From assembly GCA_910579725.1 (NCBI GenBank), contig CAJTUD010000005.1:18269-82268 (forward strand): DNA of 64,000 bases, given 5' to 3'. Below the pieces are notes generated by a model, which saw nothing but the letters and a program-made list of their open reading frames with translations, searched no databases and was not told where the DNA came from. Every line of letters begins with the position of its first letter. The stretch's first letter is position 1. Of the stretch, positions 28,495 to 37,796 are shown in pieces. A program made the position numbers and the translations under genes. The stretch is from an uncultured Oscillospiraceae bacterium (GTDB lineage Bacteria > Bacillota > Clostridia > Oscillospirales > Oscillospiraceae).

Positions 28495-28634
28495 AAAGCT
28501 ACTTGTCATGCATGTACGCGGCCGCGGCATACCGCGGTCTGTTTGGAAGCTCCCGGCCCTCAGTGGGCGGGGTGAGGATTTGTGCACGCAAACAGGGTAA
28601 AAAGCGAGTTTTTACCGGAATGGAGGACCGCGAT

Positions 28635-29027
28635 ATGTCAGATTTTTTCACGTCCAATTCCATGATCATGCTGGAACGGGCGGCTAATTTTCAGTGGGTG
28701 AAGCAGCGGGCGATTCTGGACAATATTTCCAACGCTGAAACGCCTAACTATAAGGTCAAATACGTTACCTTTGAGGAAGCCCTGCGTGCCAGCATCCAGC
28801 AGGCCGCTCAGGGAACGTCTGCCGCCGGTTCCATGCGGGGAGCGATTTCCAGCTCTGTCCCGGTGGTCCATACCGCCTGGGACGAGTCTGCCCGAATGGA
28901 CGAGAACGGCGTGAATGTGTCCGAGCAGTCCATGGAGCTGGTACGAAACGCTTATCAGGTGCAGCACGTTTACCGGGCCATCAGCGGAGATATGTCCCGG
29001 CTTCTCATGGCTATCCGCGGACAGTAA
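28635..29027 (+). CDS. flgB: Flagellar basal-body rod protein FlgB
   Basis: N-terminal rod motif (RAILDNISNAETPNYK). It is the first gene of the flgB-flgC-fliE triad. I prefer the ATG at 28635 (GGAATGGAGGA SD) over 28503. Confidence 0.9.
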   Translation: MSDFFTSNSMIMLERAANFQWVKQRAILDNISNAETPNYKVKYVTFEEALRASIQQAAQGTSAAGSMRGAISSSVPVVHTAWDESARMDENGVNVSEQSMELVRNAYQVQHVYRAISGDMSRLLMAIRGQ

Positions 29028-29084
29028 CGCCAGCGCCCTGCTTCCGCCTGACAGCGGGCGGGGAAGAGATAAAGGAGTGAGCTT

Positions 29085-29558
29085 ATGTCATTTCTCAGCA
29101 CCATGAATATCATCGGCTCCGGCATCACCGCCCAGCACCTGCGGCTGGATGTGATCAGCGAGAATGTGACCAATATCAGCACCACCCGTACGGAGGAGGG
29201 CGGGCCCTACCGCCGGAAGGTTGTGGTGTTTCAGGCTCAGGAGGGAGACCGCAACGCCTTCCGTCAGGCCATGGCCCGGGCGCAGTTCAACCGCAGAGGA
29301 CTGGTGAGCAACGCAGGGTATGAGGCCACCGGCGGCGTGCGGGTGGTGAACATTGCGGAGGATCCCTCCGATTTCAAGCTTCGTTATGATCCCACGGACC
29401 CCGACGCCAACGAGGAGGGCTACGTAGAGCTTCCCAATGTGGATTTGGTAAAGGAGATCACCGACGCCATGGCCGCCAGTCAGGCGTACTCCGCCAACGT
29501 CACCGCCTTCAATGTGCTCAAGAGCGTCGTCAGCTCAGGCCTGGAGATCGGCAGATAA
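29085..29558 (+). CDS. flgC: Flagellar basal-body rod protein FlgC
   Basis: IIGSGITAQHLRLDVISENVTNISTTRT N-terminus and the C-terminal SNVDLVKE-type segment (PNVDLVKEITDAMAASQAYSANV). Confidence 0.93.
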   Translation: MSFLSTMNIIGSGITAQHLRLDVISENVTNISTTRTEEGGPYRRKVVVFQAQEGDRNAFRQAMARAQFNRRGLVSNAGYEATGGVRVVNIAEDPSDFKLRYDPTDPDANEEGYVELPNVDLVKEITDAMAASQAYSANVTAFNVLKSVVSSGLEIGR

Positions 29559-29694
29559 AAGAGAGAGAGAAATGGGTCAGGCTGATCGAAAAAGCAGTAG
29601 ATTGGCTGGCCCAATTCTCCATGTTTTGGGGGAGGTGGAAAACTCTCCCAGACAGCCCTGAAAAGGGGAAAAGCTTATAATATCTGGAGGAATT

Positions 29695-30012
29695 GTGACT
29701 ATGAATATGGATTTCCAGAAAATCTCCCCGTTGTGGGAGACTTTTCCCGTCCGTCAGACCGGCACGACGGAGAGCGTGAAGACGGCGGAGAGCTCCGTTT
29801 TCAAGGATATTTTCCAGTCCTTGGTGGACAACGTCAGGGAGAGCGAGGACGAGGTGGCCAAAAAGGAATACCTGCTCTCCACCGGCCAGCTGGACAACCC
29901 TGTGGAGCTGAGTATTGCCATGAGCAAGGCGGAGGCATCCCTGGCGCTGTTTGTGCAGCTGCGGGACAAGGCGCTGAACGCCTACAGTGAGATCAGCCGC
30001 ATCAGCCTGTAA
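29695..30012 (+). CDS. fliE: Flagellar hook-basal body complex protein FliE
   Basis: About 105 aa with a conserved C-terminus (VELSIAMSKAEASLALFVQLRDKALNAYSEI). It follows flgC. Confidence 0.85.
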   Translation: MTMNMDFQKISPLWETFPVRQTGTTESVKTAESSVFKDIFQSLVDNVRESEDEVAKKEYLLSTGQLDNPVELSIAMSKAEASLALFVQLRDKALNAYSEISRISL

Positions 30013-30051
30013 CGGCTGGGTGCGTCCATTTCGTAGAAAGGGCCGGGGGAA

Positions 30052-31716
30052 TTGCCTGTGGATACCTCAAAGCTGAAAGGTCTTTGGGAAAAGGTCAAAG
30101 ACTTTTTCAAAAATATGAGCAAGAAATTGCGCATCATACTGGCCGCCGCCCTGGCTGTGATTCTGATTGCCATTGTGGTGACAGCCATTCTGCTCAGCGG
30201 CAAAAAGGAGTATGTGGCGCTCTATCAGGACATGACGCCGTCAGAGATTCAGGAGGTTACGACCTACCTGCAAAACAGCGGCTTTACCGATTATCAGACG
30301 GTCAGCGGCGCGATCATGGTGCCCAGCGGCCAGTACTCGTCCCTGATTGCCCAGCTGGCCCAACAGGGCTACCCCAAGGACGGCAGCCTCTACGGCAGCT
30401 ACTGGGACCATGTAGGGGCCATGTCCACCAACTCCGAGCGGCAGCAGGCCTACCTTATCGCCACCCAGGAGAAGCTGGAGACCAACATTCGCACCATGAA
30501 CGGCGTGCTGGACGCGGACGTCATCATCACGCCGGGTGAGGACCGGACCTATGTGCTGGAGGACATTTCCACCGAGACCAAAGCATCCGTCAAGGTGTCG
30601 TTGCGCAGCGGTTATATGCTCACCGACCAGCAGGCCAAGGGTATCCGCACCATGGTGTCTCATGCATGGTCGGGGATGACTATTGACGATGTGGCCATTC
30701 TCGATGACATCGGAAACACCTATACCGACACCAGCGCCAACGCCGGCACCCTTATTGAGCTCAAGAGGCAGCTGGAGGAGTCCCAGTCCAATTACCTCCG
30801 CACCCAGATCAAGCACCTGCTGGATCCGCTGTACGGCGCGGAGAACGTGAACGTGTCCGTAACCGCTACGGTGGATGTCAGCGAGCGGTATCAGGAAAGC
30901 ACCACCTACCACCAGCCGGAGGGCTCCTATGAAAACGGAGGCCTCATCGGTCACGAGATCGGCACCTTTGCCCTGACCCGCGACGGTTATCAGCTGGTGG
31001 GCGGAGTCCCCGGCACCACTCCCAATTCCGATATTCCCACGTATGTGGAGGACATCGCGCAGGGTGTCGAGGATGAAGATGGAGTGGTCGCCTCTTATGA
31101 ACGGGATAACAATCTTGACGAGCTCAAAGAGCAGGTCAAGGTGGCTCCTACCGTCACGGACGTCGCTGTAGCCGTCACTATCAATGAAAGCGCCAATCCC
31201 GAAGCGGGGGTGGACATTGAGGAGCTGCGCCACCATGTGGCCGTGGCCGCCAATATCCGGGGCGAGAATCTGGCCGACTGGGTCAGCATTCTGATTGCGC
31301 CCTTCCCGGTACCGGAAGTTCCCGCGCCTGCCGCCGGACTGATCCCGCCGGAGATTCTGCCCTTCGTCATCATTGGCGTGGCCGCGCTGGTGCTGATTAT
31401 CGTCCTGGTGGTGGTAATCCTCAGCATCCGGAGAAAGAAAAAGAAGCAGCAGGAGGAAGAAGACCAGCGGATCATTCAGGAGCAGCTGGGAGAACTGGGC
31501 GAGTCCGGCATGCTGGCGGAGCTGGGTATTGTGCCTCCCATGGGCGAGAACGGGGAAGCGCCGCCGCCTACCTCCGGAGCGGATATTATGGACATCAATA
31601 CCGAGAAGAGCATGGAGCTGCGTAAGTCGATACGCCAGTTCGTACAGAACAATCCCGAGGTTGCGGCCCTCATGCTCAAGACCTGGCTGAGAGGAGGAGA
31701 TGACGACAATGGCTGA
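30052..31716 (+). CDS. fliF: Flagellar M-ring protein FliF
   Basis: 554 aa with an N-terminal TM, a periplasmic ring-building region, a second TM (ILPFVIIGVAALVLIIVLVVVIL) and a C-terminal FliG-binding tail. TTG start. Confidence 0.93.
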   Translation: MPVDTSKLKGLWEKVKDFFKNMSKKLRIILAAALAVILIAIVVTAILLSGKKEYVALYQDMTPSEIQEVTTYLQNSGFTDYQTVSGAIMVPSGQYSSLIAQLAQQGYPKDGSLYGSYWDHVGAMSTNSERQQAYLIATQEKLETNIRTMNGVLDADVIITPGEDRTYVLEDISTETKASVKVSLRSGYMLTDQQAKGIRTMVSHAWSGMTIDDVAILDDIGNTYTDTSANAGTLIELKRQLEESQSNYLRTQIKHLLDPLYGAENVNVSVTATVDVSERYQESTTYHQPEGSYENGGLIGHEIGTFALTRDGYQLVGGVPGTTPNSDIPTYVEDIAQGVEDEDGVVASYERDNNLDELKEQVKVAPTVTDVAVAVTINESANPEAGVDIEELRHHVAVAANIRGENLADWVSILIAPFPVPEVPAPAAGLIPPEILPFVIIGVAALVLIIVLVVVILSIRRKKKKQQEEEDQRIIQEQLGELGESGMLAELGIVPPMGENGEAPPPTSGADIMDINTEKSMELRKSIRQFVQNNPEVAALMLKTWLRGGDDDNG

Positions 31717-32725
31717 AGTCACAAAGCCTGAACTGACCGGGCCCCAGAAGGCCGCCGCCGTTGTCGTCTCTCTGGGAGCAGATAAGGCGTCCCTTATTTA
31801 CCAGCACATTGACGCCTCCGACCTGGAGACACTGACGCTGGAAGTGGCCCGCCTGGGCATGCTGGACGCGCAGCAGACCGAGGATGTGCTCAGCGAGTTC
31901 TACCAGAGCTGTATGACCCAGAAAGCGGTTACCGAGGGCGGACTGGAGTACGCCCGGGCGGTGCTGGAAAAGGCGTTTGGCGTGGCCACCGCCACCAGTC
32001 TGCTGGAAAAGGTGACCAAGAGCCTGAAAAACCGGGAATTTGCCTTCCTGGACAAGGCGGACGTCAAGAGCCTGTATTCCGCACTGCAAAACGAGCGGCC
32101 TCAGACCATGGCCCTGGTCCTCAGCTATGTGGACCCCAGCAAGGCCGCTGGAGTCATCGAGCAGCTGCCGCCGGAGCGGCAGGTGCGGGTGGTGGAATCC
32201 ATCGCTACTATGGAGAGCGCATCCCCCACCGCCATCAAGATCATCGAGGCGGAGATGGAGAAAAAGTTCTCCAGTATGCTTACCACCTCCAATGTCAAGG
32301 TGGGCGGCATCGACTATGTTGCCGGCATCATGAACAACCTGGACCGCTCCAGCGAGAAGGCCATCTTCGACCGTCTGGGCGTGGACAACGCGGACTTGGC
32401 CGACGAAATCCGCAAGAGGATGTTTGTCTTCGAGGATATCGTCACCATGGACGACCGGTCTGTCCAGCGTTTCGTCCGGGACTGCGATCCCAGAGATCTG
32501 GTGCTGGCGCTCAAGAGCGCCAACGGCGACGTGTCCAACAAGCTATTTATGAACATGTCCGCCCGTATGGCGGAGAGCATCCGGGACGATCTGGAGATCA
32601 CGACCAATGTCCGCATGAAGGACGTGGAGGACGCCCAGCAGCGCATTGTCGGCGTCATCCGCGATCTGGAGGAGAAGAACGAGATCGTGATCCTGAAGGG
32701 CGGAAAGGACGATATCATTGCGTAA
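31700..32725 (+). CDS. fliG: Flagellar motor switch protein FliG
   Basis: 341 aa with LTGPQKAAAVVVSLG at the N-terminus, an EHPQ-like segment (NERPQT), and the C-terminal torque helix region. Confidence 0.95.
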   Translation: MTTMAEVTKPELTGPQKAAAVVVSLGADKASLIYQHIDASDLETLTLEVARLGMLDAQQTEDVLSEFYQSCMTQKAVTEGGLEYARAVLEKAFGVATATSLLEKVTKSLKNREFAFLDKADVKSLYSALQNERPQTMALVLSYVDPSKAAGVIEQLPPERQVRVVESIATMESASPTAIKIIEAEMEKKFSSMLTTSNVKVGGIDYVAGIMNNLDRSSEKAIFDRLGVDNADLADEIRKRMFVFEDIVTMDDRSVQRFVRDCDPRDLVLALKSANGDVSNKLFMNMSARMAESIRDDLEITTNVRMKDVEDAQQRIVGVIRDLEEKNEIVILKGGKDDIIA

Positions 32726-33578
32726 CATTCTCAAGGGGCTTCTGAACCCCGAGGAATACAGGTTTCCCGATACCTCTGAGCTCATGCCGGAGCTGGAACC
32801 TCTGGCTGAAGAGGAGGAGGGGGAGACCGCCGGGGAAGAGACGCTTCCGCCCTTTGAGGAAGAAGAGGAGGCGCTTCCCCGGGAGGAGAGCCCTCCGGAT
32901 CCCGCCGTGGAGGAACGGGCCGCTCCCGCTCCCGATTCCGGCGGCCCTGTGCAGTACGCCCAGCTTCAGGCAGAGCTGATTCTCAAGCAGGCCAGGGAGG
33001 ACGCGGAGAAGGTGCTGGCCTCCGCCCGCGCCGCCGCTAAGGCGGAGCAGGAGGAGATCCGCATGGGAGCTCGGGACGAGGGCTACCGGGAGGGCTATGC
33101 CCAAGGTACCGCCAAGGCCATGGAGGACGCGCAGCGGGACAAGGAAGCTGTGGCCGCCCGGCTGGAGAAAGAGGTGGAGGCTTTCCTGGAAAAGGCGGAT
33201 ATGGCCCGGGAAGAGGTTTTGCAGCAATCCCGGGACGAGCTGCTGGATCTGTGCATTGCCGTGGCAGAAAAGGTTGTGCGGGTAAGTCTGAAGAGCAGCA
33301 GCGAAGTAATCGTGCGGATGATCCAGACGGCTACCGAGCGGCTCAAACGGCAGGAATGGGTGCACATCTACATATCCGGATGTGACACCAAGAGCGTGGC
33401 CAAGATATCCCCGGCGCTCACTGCGGCGCTGGGAGCGCTGAGCCAGCATGTGAAGATCATTCCCATGGGGGACGACGAGGGCGGCACCTGCATTGTGGAG
33501 ACGCCGGAAGAGATTATCGACGCCAGCGTGTCCACGCAGATGGCCAATATCCGGGACATTCTGAGAGATCAGATGTAA
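32718..33578 (+). CDS. fliH: Flagellar export apparatus protein FliH
   Basis: An acidic N-terminus, a central coiled-coil (ILKQAREDAEKVLASARAAAKAEQEEI) and a C-terminal FliH/YscL-like domain. It lies between fliG and fliI. Confidence 0.8.
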   Translation: MRNILKGLLNPEEYRFPDTSELMPELEPLAEEEEGETAGEETLPPFEEEEEALPREESPPDPAVEERAAPAPDSGGPVQYAQLQAELILKQAREDAEKVLASARAAAKAEQEEIRMGARDEGYREGYAQGTAKAMEDAQRDKEAVAARLEKEVEAFLEKADMAREEVLQQSRDELLDLCIAVAEKVVRVSLKSSSEVIVRMIQTATERLKRQEWVHIYISGCDTKSVAKISPALTAALGALSQHVKIIPMGDDEGGTCIVETPEEIIDASVSTQMANIRDILRDQM

Positions 33579-33619
33579 CGGGTGGGCCGAAGCCGCCGGA
33601 CTGACAGAAAGGATGAGCC

Positions 33620-34921
33620 ATGTTCCGCGAGATGATTTCCCAGATCCGGTCGGCGGAGACCATGAGCCGCACCGGGAAAATTGAAAACATCGTGGGCATG
33701 TCCATTGAGGCCTCCGGCGGCAGGGCCGCCATCGGAGATATCTGCCGGATCTACTCCAATGAGTCCGGAGGTCAGATTCCCGCCGAGGTGGTGGGGTTTA
33801 AAAACGACCATATTCTACTCATGCCATATGCTAATATGAGTGGGATATCGGCAGGCAACTTTGTCCGCAACACCGGCAAACGGCTGACGCTGCCGGTGGG
33901 GCCCTTTCTCAGAGGCAGGGTTATTAACGCTCTGGGGCAGCCTATTGATGGTCTGGAGCCTTTTGGCCGGGGGGATACCTTTTCCATTGATTCCGGCTAC
34001 ATAAATCCTATGACCCGCCCTCCCATCCGGGAGAGGATGGAATTCGGGGTGAAGGCCATTGACAGCCTGCTGACCATTGGGAAGGGGCAGAGAATCGGGA
34101 TTTTTGCCGGTTCTGGTGTGGGAAAGTCCACGCTGCTGGGTATGATCGCCAAGAATGTGAAGGCGGACATCAATGTTATTGCCCTGGTGGGCGAACGCGG
34201 CCGCGAGGTGCTGGAGTTTATCCATAAGGACCTGGGCGAGGAGGGCATGCGCCGCTCCATTCTGGTGGTGGCGACCTCCGATCAGCCCGCCATGCTGCGG
34301 ATGAAATGCCCCAGCGTGGCCACCAGTATTGCCGAATACTTTCGGGACCAGGGGTACGACGTGCTGTTGATGATGGACTCCCTGACCCGTTTCGCCATGG
34401 CCCAGCGGGAAATCGGGCTGGCCATCGGAGAGCCGCCGGTAGCCAGAGGATATACGCCGTCCATGTACGCTGAGATGCCAAAACTGCTTGAGCGCAGCGG
34501 GAATTTTGAAAAGGGCTCCATCACCGGGGTCTACACTGTGCTGGTGGAGGGCGACGACACCAACGAGCCGATTGCGGACACAGTCCGAGGCATTCTGGAC
34601 GGCCACATTGTATTATCCCGGCAGCTGGCGAACAGCAATCATTTTCCCGCCATTGACGTGGGAGCCAGCATTTCCCGTCTGATGGCGGAAATTGTCTCTC
34701 CGGAACACCGGCAGCTGGCCAGCAAGCTGCGGGACATCATGGGCGTGTATGAGAAGAACGCGGATCTGGTGTCCATCGGCGCGTACAAGTCGGGGACCAA
34801 CCCCAAGCTGGACCACGCCTTGGGTAAGATCGACTCAATCAATCAGTTTCTCATGCAGGGTGTCAACGAAAGCTTTTCCTACGACGAGAGTCTGGAGCAG
34901 CTGCGCAGAATGATGAGATAA
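33620..34921 (+). CDS. fliI: Flagellum-specific ATPase FliI
   Basis: Walker A GSGVGKST, Walker B LLMMDSLTR, and F1-beta-like architecture. Confidence 0.95.
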   Translation: MFREMISQIRSAETMSRTGKIENIVGMSIEASGGRAAIGDICRIYSNESGGQIPAEVVGFKNDHILLMPYANMSGISAGNFVRNTGKRLTLPVGPFLRGRVINALGQPIDGLEPFGRGDTFSIDSGYINPMTRPPIRERMEFGVKAIDSLLTIGKGQRIGIFAGSGVGKSTLLGMIAKNVKADINVIALVGERGREVLEFIHKDLGEEGMRRSILVVATSDQPAMLRMKCPSVATSIAEYFRDQGYDVLLMMDSLTRFAMAQREIGLAIGEPPVARGYTPSMYAEMPKLLERSGNFEKGSITGVYTVLVEGDDTNEPIADTVRGILDGHIVLSRQLANSNHFPAIDVGASISRLMAEIVSPEHRQLASKLRDIMGVYEKNADLVSIGAYKSGTNPKLDHALGKIDSINQFLMQGVNESFSYDESLEQLRRMMR

Positions 34922-34978
34922 CATTCCGCACCGCCGCAGTAAGCGGCCGGAATGTCCGCAGAATACGGGAGAACACAC

Positions 34979-35431
34979 ATGAAGAAATTCCGATTTTCAC
35001 TGGAAACCGTGTTGGAATACAAACAGCAGGTCCTTGATTCCCTTCAGGCAGAGCATGGCGCCATTCTGGCCCAGGTGCGGCAGCAGGAGGAGCTTATTGA
35101 GGAGCTGGAGGCTGAATACCGCCATATGAGCGGTGAGTTCAACCGCCGGAAGCTGGAGGGTCTGAGTATTCTGGACGCCATCAAATACGAGCAGGTTCTG
35201 CGGGCTATGGAACGGGAGATCGAGGAAGCCCGGGAACGCCTGAGGGAACTGCAAAAGCAGGCGGAGAAGAAACGGGAGCAGGTGGTGGAGGCCAAGAAGG
35301 AAACCTCCTCCATTGAGAAGCTGCGGGAGAAGAAGCTGGAGAACTACAACAAGACTGTCCAGAAGGGCGAGGAAGCCCTGATCGACGAGTTTGTCACAAC
35401 CAAGCGCATCATGGAAGCCCAGAGCGCATAG
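34979..35431 (+). CDS. fliJ: Flagellar export protein FliJ
   Basis: About 150 aa, coiled-coil, beginning MKKFRFSLETVLEYKQQ, which is typical of FliJ. It follows fliI. I prefer the ATG at 34979 over 34952. Confidence 0.8.
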   Translation: MKKFRFSLETVLEYKQQVLDSLQAEHGAILAQVRQQEELIEELEAEYRHMSGEFNRRKLEGLSILDAIKYEQVLRAMEREIEEARERLRELQKQAEKKREQVVEAKKETSSIEKLREKKLENYNKTVQKGEEALIDEFVTTKRIMEAQSA

Positions 35432-35619
35432 AATGGTGAGCACCGTCCTGCGGGACGTTTCTCAGAATACATCGTAATCAACGGAAAGGTGGTGAGGCCA
35501 GTCTCATGCGCAGTTCCCATTCCAAACAGGAGGGGAGGTGAGCGGGCAAAGCGGCGAGAGCCGTTTCAAACGACTTACCCACGCGGATGCGCGGAGCAAC
35601 GACGAAGGAGCAGTATAGT

Positions 35620-36600
35620 ATGATCGACATCAGCAGACTCTATGGCGCTTCTTATTCCGTCGCCGGAAAAGAGGCGGCAAAGCAGCCCCAGGGGACTGGC
35701 GCCTTCCGCCGCAGCATGCAGGAAGAGCTGCTGGAGATAAACCGCAGGAGTGCCTACGCGGTAAGCGGCCGGACCAAGCTGACGGACGAAGAGATCAGCG
35801 AACTGGCGAACAAGTATGATTTCCGGCACATGACTCAGGAGACCTACGACGCGTTTCTGGATGACCTGGTTGACAAGGGTGTGCTCTCCAGGGAGGAGAC
35901 CGGATGGTTCGGCTATGGCGGCGTGGTGATAATGGATGCAATTGACGGTAAGGTATATACTGTCAACCCGGTGCAGCCGGAGTTCCCGGCGTATGACCGG
36001 AACACTCCATTTCTCGCCGGTGGAAGAACCGGCAGCGGCGATATGGTGGCCTGGATCGCGCAGATGATGAAGCGGGTGGACTACGCGGGAGCAAACGGTC
36101 CGGAAGCCGAGAAGCGGGCGCTCCAAAGGAACGAAATGTACGGCGCGCTCAACGACGTGATTTCCCGCGGGGCGGGTGCAGGAGACCGGGGAGGATCCAT
36201 CATCGACCAGGTGGCGAATCCTGACAGCGACTTTTACAGCGACATGTTTGCCCGCTTGAGAATTCAGTTGGAGCAGTCCGAAGAGGAGAAGAAAAAGCAG
36301 GCCATTATCGACGCGCTGGACAGCATTCTCAAAGGGATGCAATCCAAGGACGGCAAGGACCGGAAGGATATGGCCACATCCATGGCGGGCCTCTCCAAAC
36401 AGATCAGCGAGCTGGACAAAGAGGATCCCCGCCGGGCGCAGCTGGACCTGTTCCGGCAGCGGCTGAACCGGATGGGCGTCTACGTGGACATGGACGAGGG
36501 CATCTTCGGCGGCAAGGACAAGGATTCCGAGACACTGACGGAGTACTTGATTGGCGAGGAAACCCAGGAGCTAAACCCCAGCATTTTTGATCCAATCTGA
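35620..36600 (+). CDS. Hypothetical cytoplasmic protein embedded in the fla/che operon (fliJ-fliK slot)
   Basis: 326 aa with no TM segment and no motif I recognise. AAGGAG SD lies 9 nt upstream of the ATG at 35620. It is preceded by an unusual 188-nt gap. Confidence 0.55.
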   Translation: MIDISRLYGASYSVAGKEAAKQPQGTGAFRRSMQEELLEINRRSAYAVSGRTKLTDEEISELANKYDFRHMTQETYDAFLDDLVDKGVLSREETGWFGYGGVVIMDAIDGKVYTVNPVQPEFPAYDRNTPFLAGGRTGSGDMVAWIAQMMKRVDYAGANGPEAEKRALQRNEMYGALNDVISRGAGAGDRGGSIIDQVANPDSDFYSDMFARLRIQLEQSEEEKKKQAIIDALDSILKGMQSKDGKDRKDMATSMAGLSKQISELDKEDPRRAQLDLFRQRLNRMGVYVDMDEGIFGGKDKDSETLTEYLIGEETQELNPSIFDPI

Positions 36601-36621
36601 GAACCGAGGTGACAACAGACA

Positions 36622-37776
36622 GTGAACACAGTGGAAAACGCATTGCTTCAGCAGATGCAGAAGATGGCGGCCAGCATTGCCGCCATGCAGGGCTCTGTGA
36701 ACAAGGATAAGGGTAATCAGGCCGCTGTCAGCTTCCAGGATATGCTTCAGCAGTCCGGCAATAAAGCCTCTTCTTCCGAGGCCCCTGGCAAGGAGCCGCA
36801 GGACAAGCCTCTTAAGGAGGTGGAAGAGGCCGTGGAGGAAGCGAAGCAGCCCCAGCTGCCTGGCAAAGACAAGGAGGAGCTGAAGGCCGAGAACCTGACC
36901 GGCAACCCCAATGCCATTGGCGTGATGGAGCTGTTCCGTCCTGAGATCGTGGAGACCGCAGAGCAGGTGGAGCCGGTGCTGAACCCCATCCCCGAGGAGA
37001 CCGTGGAGGGTGCAGCCATGGACTTGGGCGGGCAGGCCCCTGAGATGGAGACTTCCGTTGACGCCGGAATCGGTGCGGAGGTGTCTATGGAGCAGCAGCC
37101 CAAGGACTTCCAGCAGGCTATGGAGGAAATGCCCCAGCAGCAGGACACGGAAACCGTCCAGCAGCCCCAGCAGGAAGCTTCCCCGCACCCCGTTCAGGAC
37201 ACAGAGAAGCCGGAAGCGCCAGTGGAAGTCCGGGTGGAGCAGGACGGTGAGGGTGAAGAGCCCACAGGCGAGGCCGCCGCAGCGGAACAGCCCGTGTTCC
37301 GGGAGACCCAGTCGGTGCCGGTGAAGGTGGGCGAGCGGTACGAGGTAGTGGATACCCAGCAGCCGGAGATGGACGATCAGATGGCGGATGTGATCCGTAC
37401 TGCGGTCCAGACCGGCCAGGAGCGGATTGCCATCCGTCTGAATCCCCAGAATTTGGGCAGTCTGGTGATCGAGATGACCCGGGACACCGCCGGCGTGCTG
37501 CAAGTAGTGCTTCACGCAGCCACTCCCAAGGCCGAGGGGCTGCTTAACCAGCACCTGAACAATCTGCATACCGCTCTCCAGAGCTACGGTCATGAAGAGG
37601 TCCATGTGGAGGTTCAGCGGGGCGAGGAAAGCCAGCAGCAGAACTTCCGGCAGGCGGACCCCGACGGACGGGGCCAGCACCAGCACCGCCAGCAGCAGGA
37701 GCGTCAGGAAGAGCAGCAGAGCGGCGAAGAATTCATGCAGAAGCTGCGCCTGGGCCTGTTCGGCGTGGAAGACTGA
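36622..37776 (+). CDS. fliK: Flagellar hook-length control protein FliK
   Basis: A Pro/Glu/Gln-rich ruler region, then a C-terminal Flg-hook domain (IRLNPQNLGSLVIEMTRDTAGVLQVVLHAATPKAEGLLNQHLNNL). Confidence 0.8.
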   Translation: MNTVENALLQQMQKMAASIAAMQGSVNKDKGNQAAVSFQDMLQQSGNKASSSEAPGKEPQDKPLKEVEEAVEEAKQPQLPGKDKEELKAENLTGNPNAIGVMELFRPEIVETAEQVEPVLNPIPEETVEGAAMDLGGQAPEMETSVDAGIGAEVSMEQQPKDFQQAMEEMPQQQDTETVQQPQQEASPHPVQDTEKPEAPVEVRVEQDGEGEEPTGEAAAAEQPVFRETQSVPVKVGERYEVVDTQQPEMDDQMADVIRTAVQTGQERIAIRLNPQNLGSLVIEMTRDTAGVLQVVLHAATPKAEGLLNQHLNNLHTALQSYGHEEVHVEVQRGEESQQQNFRQADPDGRGQHQHRQQQERQEEQQSGEEFMQKLRLGLFGVED

Positions 37777-37796
37777 CAGGAAAGGAACGATAGGCA

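Noticed and set aside
28503-28634. ORF-track N-terminal extension of flgB (start at 28503), and similar extended starts for flgE (38988), abrB (15089), the PilZ gene (21730), fliJ (34952), the ftsE-like gene (61929) and the alpha-galactosidase gene (10993).
   Set aside because: In each case an internal ATG, or TTG in one other case, is preceded by a proper SD at 5-10 nt and yields the canonical family N-terminus. The extensions lack an SD and add Arg/Gly-rich non-homologous residues.
29572-29661. 29-codon ORF (MGQADRKSSRLAGPILHVLGEVENSPRQP) in the 136-nt flgC-fliE gap.
   Set aside because: It has no GGAGG-type SD, only a GA-repeat, no recognisable features, and composition typical of non-coding spacer. 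I cannot support it as a gene.
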